A stretch of 64,000 nucleotides of DNA from Macrostomum lignano. Taxonomy: Eukaryota. The notes beneath the pieces were generated by a model that saw only the letters and a program-made list of their open reading frames with translations, had not been told where the DNA came from and did not search any database. Position 1 is the first letter of the stretch. Every line of letters starts with the position of its first letter. The translations under genes were made by a program, and so were the position numbers. Below, piece by piece: positions 62,870 to 64,000 of this stretch. The stretch lies in the NCBI GenBank assembly GCA_002269645.1, contig NIVC01001658.1:1-64000 (forward strand), in the 5' to 3' direction.

Positions 62870-64000
62870 AACTACCCAAGTCCGGACTAGCTAGTCTGGA
62901 CTAGGCTTTATACATACGGCGCGGCCCAATGTATTTTACAAGTATTAAAGAGTCTGTAGACTCTTTAGGATACACATAATTAAAGGTAAACAAACCACTT
63001 AGAACAGCAAAACTATAAATCAAATCTTTCAATTTCAACTGAATTAGTCACTTATAGTTCTACTATTTTTTTCTTTTACGATCATATTTGATTTACTGAT
63101 GTAACTATTTTATTATCGCTTTTAACTTTTTTGTCTTGCCTTTATCATCGACGCGCGTTTACTGAAACATCCCTGATTATTTGTGTTTTGTTGTTTCGCC
63201 TATTGTTTGTAACTTTGTACTGGGGCAAGGCCAGCTATCCCTAGCTGGCCAACTCACTAACTAACTAAGCCGAAAAAATTGCTGTTTGTCTAGACAGATA
63301 TATAGGTTTGAGTAATTAGTTGTTGGCTTGTTTTTAGTCGTGAAGTTTTCACTACTGTGGTTCTGGCGTGTGTGTAGATCATTTCTTTTTTACACTAATT
63401 TGTTTCTTGATTCTAAGCCTGCATTATTATATAAAATGTTTTTGAACAACACATTTTACTCGTACATCGCATAAAATTGTATCAAGATTAAAGAGGCAGT
63501 AAAAAGTTGTAAAAAGTATGCAGAATAGGCCTATGCCATGCCATCGATAGTATAATTTTTTTAATTTTTTTTTGCCTACAGCAAAATAATATTTTGGAAT
63601 AGAAGGCATATTTTAAACTAGAAATAGATGTTTTTTATCATCTTTTATTTGTTTTAGGTCTACATAATAAGAAACTTAAATTATATATAATAAACAAACT
63701 TAATAAAAGGTTATTTTTAAATTATAATCTGCCAAATTATTTATTAACTATTGATTAAGTCCAGGAGGGCCTCCATTATAATGTCTCATTTCAGAATAAT
63801 GGAAATTAAAAATAATATGTTTTTATTTCAAAAATCAGATTAGGCCTAACTTTTGTTGGATCTATATATGTTAATTAATATAGCAATCAGAGATTATATT
63901 GAGTCTGCTAAACAAACTTGTTTTACTATAATAACTTAAGACATTGTATTGTAATAATAGGAAAGTCACCATATCTATTATGTGTACCAACTAACTTTTG

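Overview
This is eukaryotic (metazoan) genomic DNA with GT-AG introns, abundant minisatellites and retroelement debris. No prokaryotic features are present. The style suggests a free-living flatworm such as Macrostomum, but that is only an inference. Manual splicing across the fragmented ORF track gave six gene models, most with frame-consistent exon phases. (1) An intronless ORF (1604-2728, -) whose C-terminus resembles a death domain. (2) A 13-exon, 886-aa tandem protein kinase-kinase-death domain gene (6423-14958, -). (3) A paralogous single-kinase gene with one in-frame TAG (15683-18769, -). (4) A divergently transcribed pseudokinase-death domain gene (23602-26467, +). (5) A 25-exon, 1006-aa gene with a signal peptide, 12 tandem Cys-rich Ly6/three-finger-like modules and a GPI-type tail, plus an upstream duplicate of its promoter and signal exon (29095/31189-43249, +). 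(6) A long KIAA2012-like coiled-coil gene (44730-60105, +). The main candidate for an undescribed system is the lineage-expanded kinase/pseudokinase/death-domain cluster, which has RIPK1-like architecture and includes a tandem kinase. It sits directly beside the phase-symmetric, potentially combinatorially spliced GPI-anchored Ly6 array. Function in immunity or cell death is inferred, not shown. All protein family assignments come from motif recognition by eye, with no database search.
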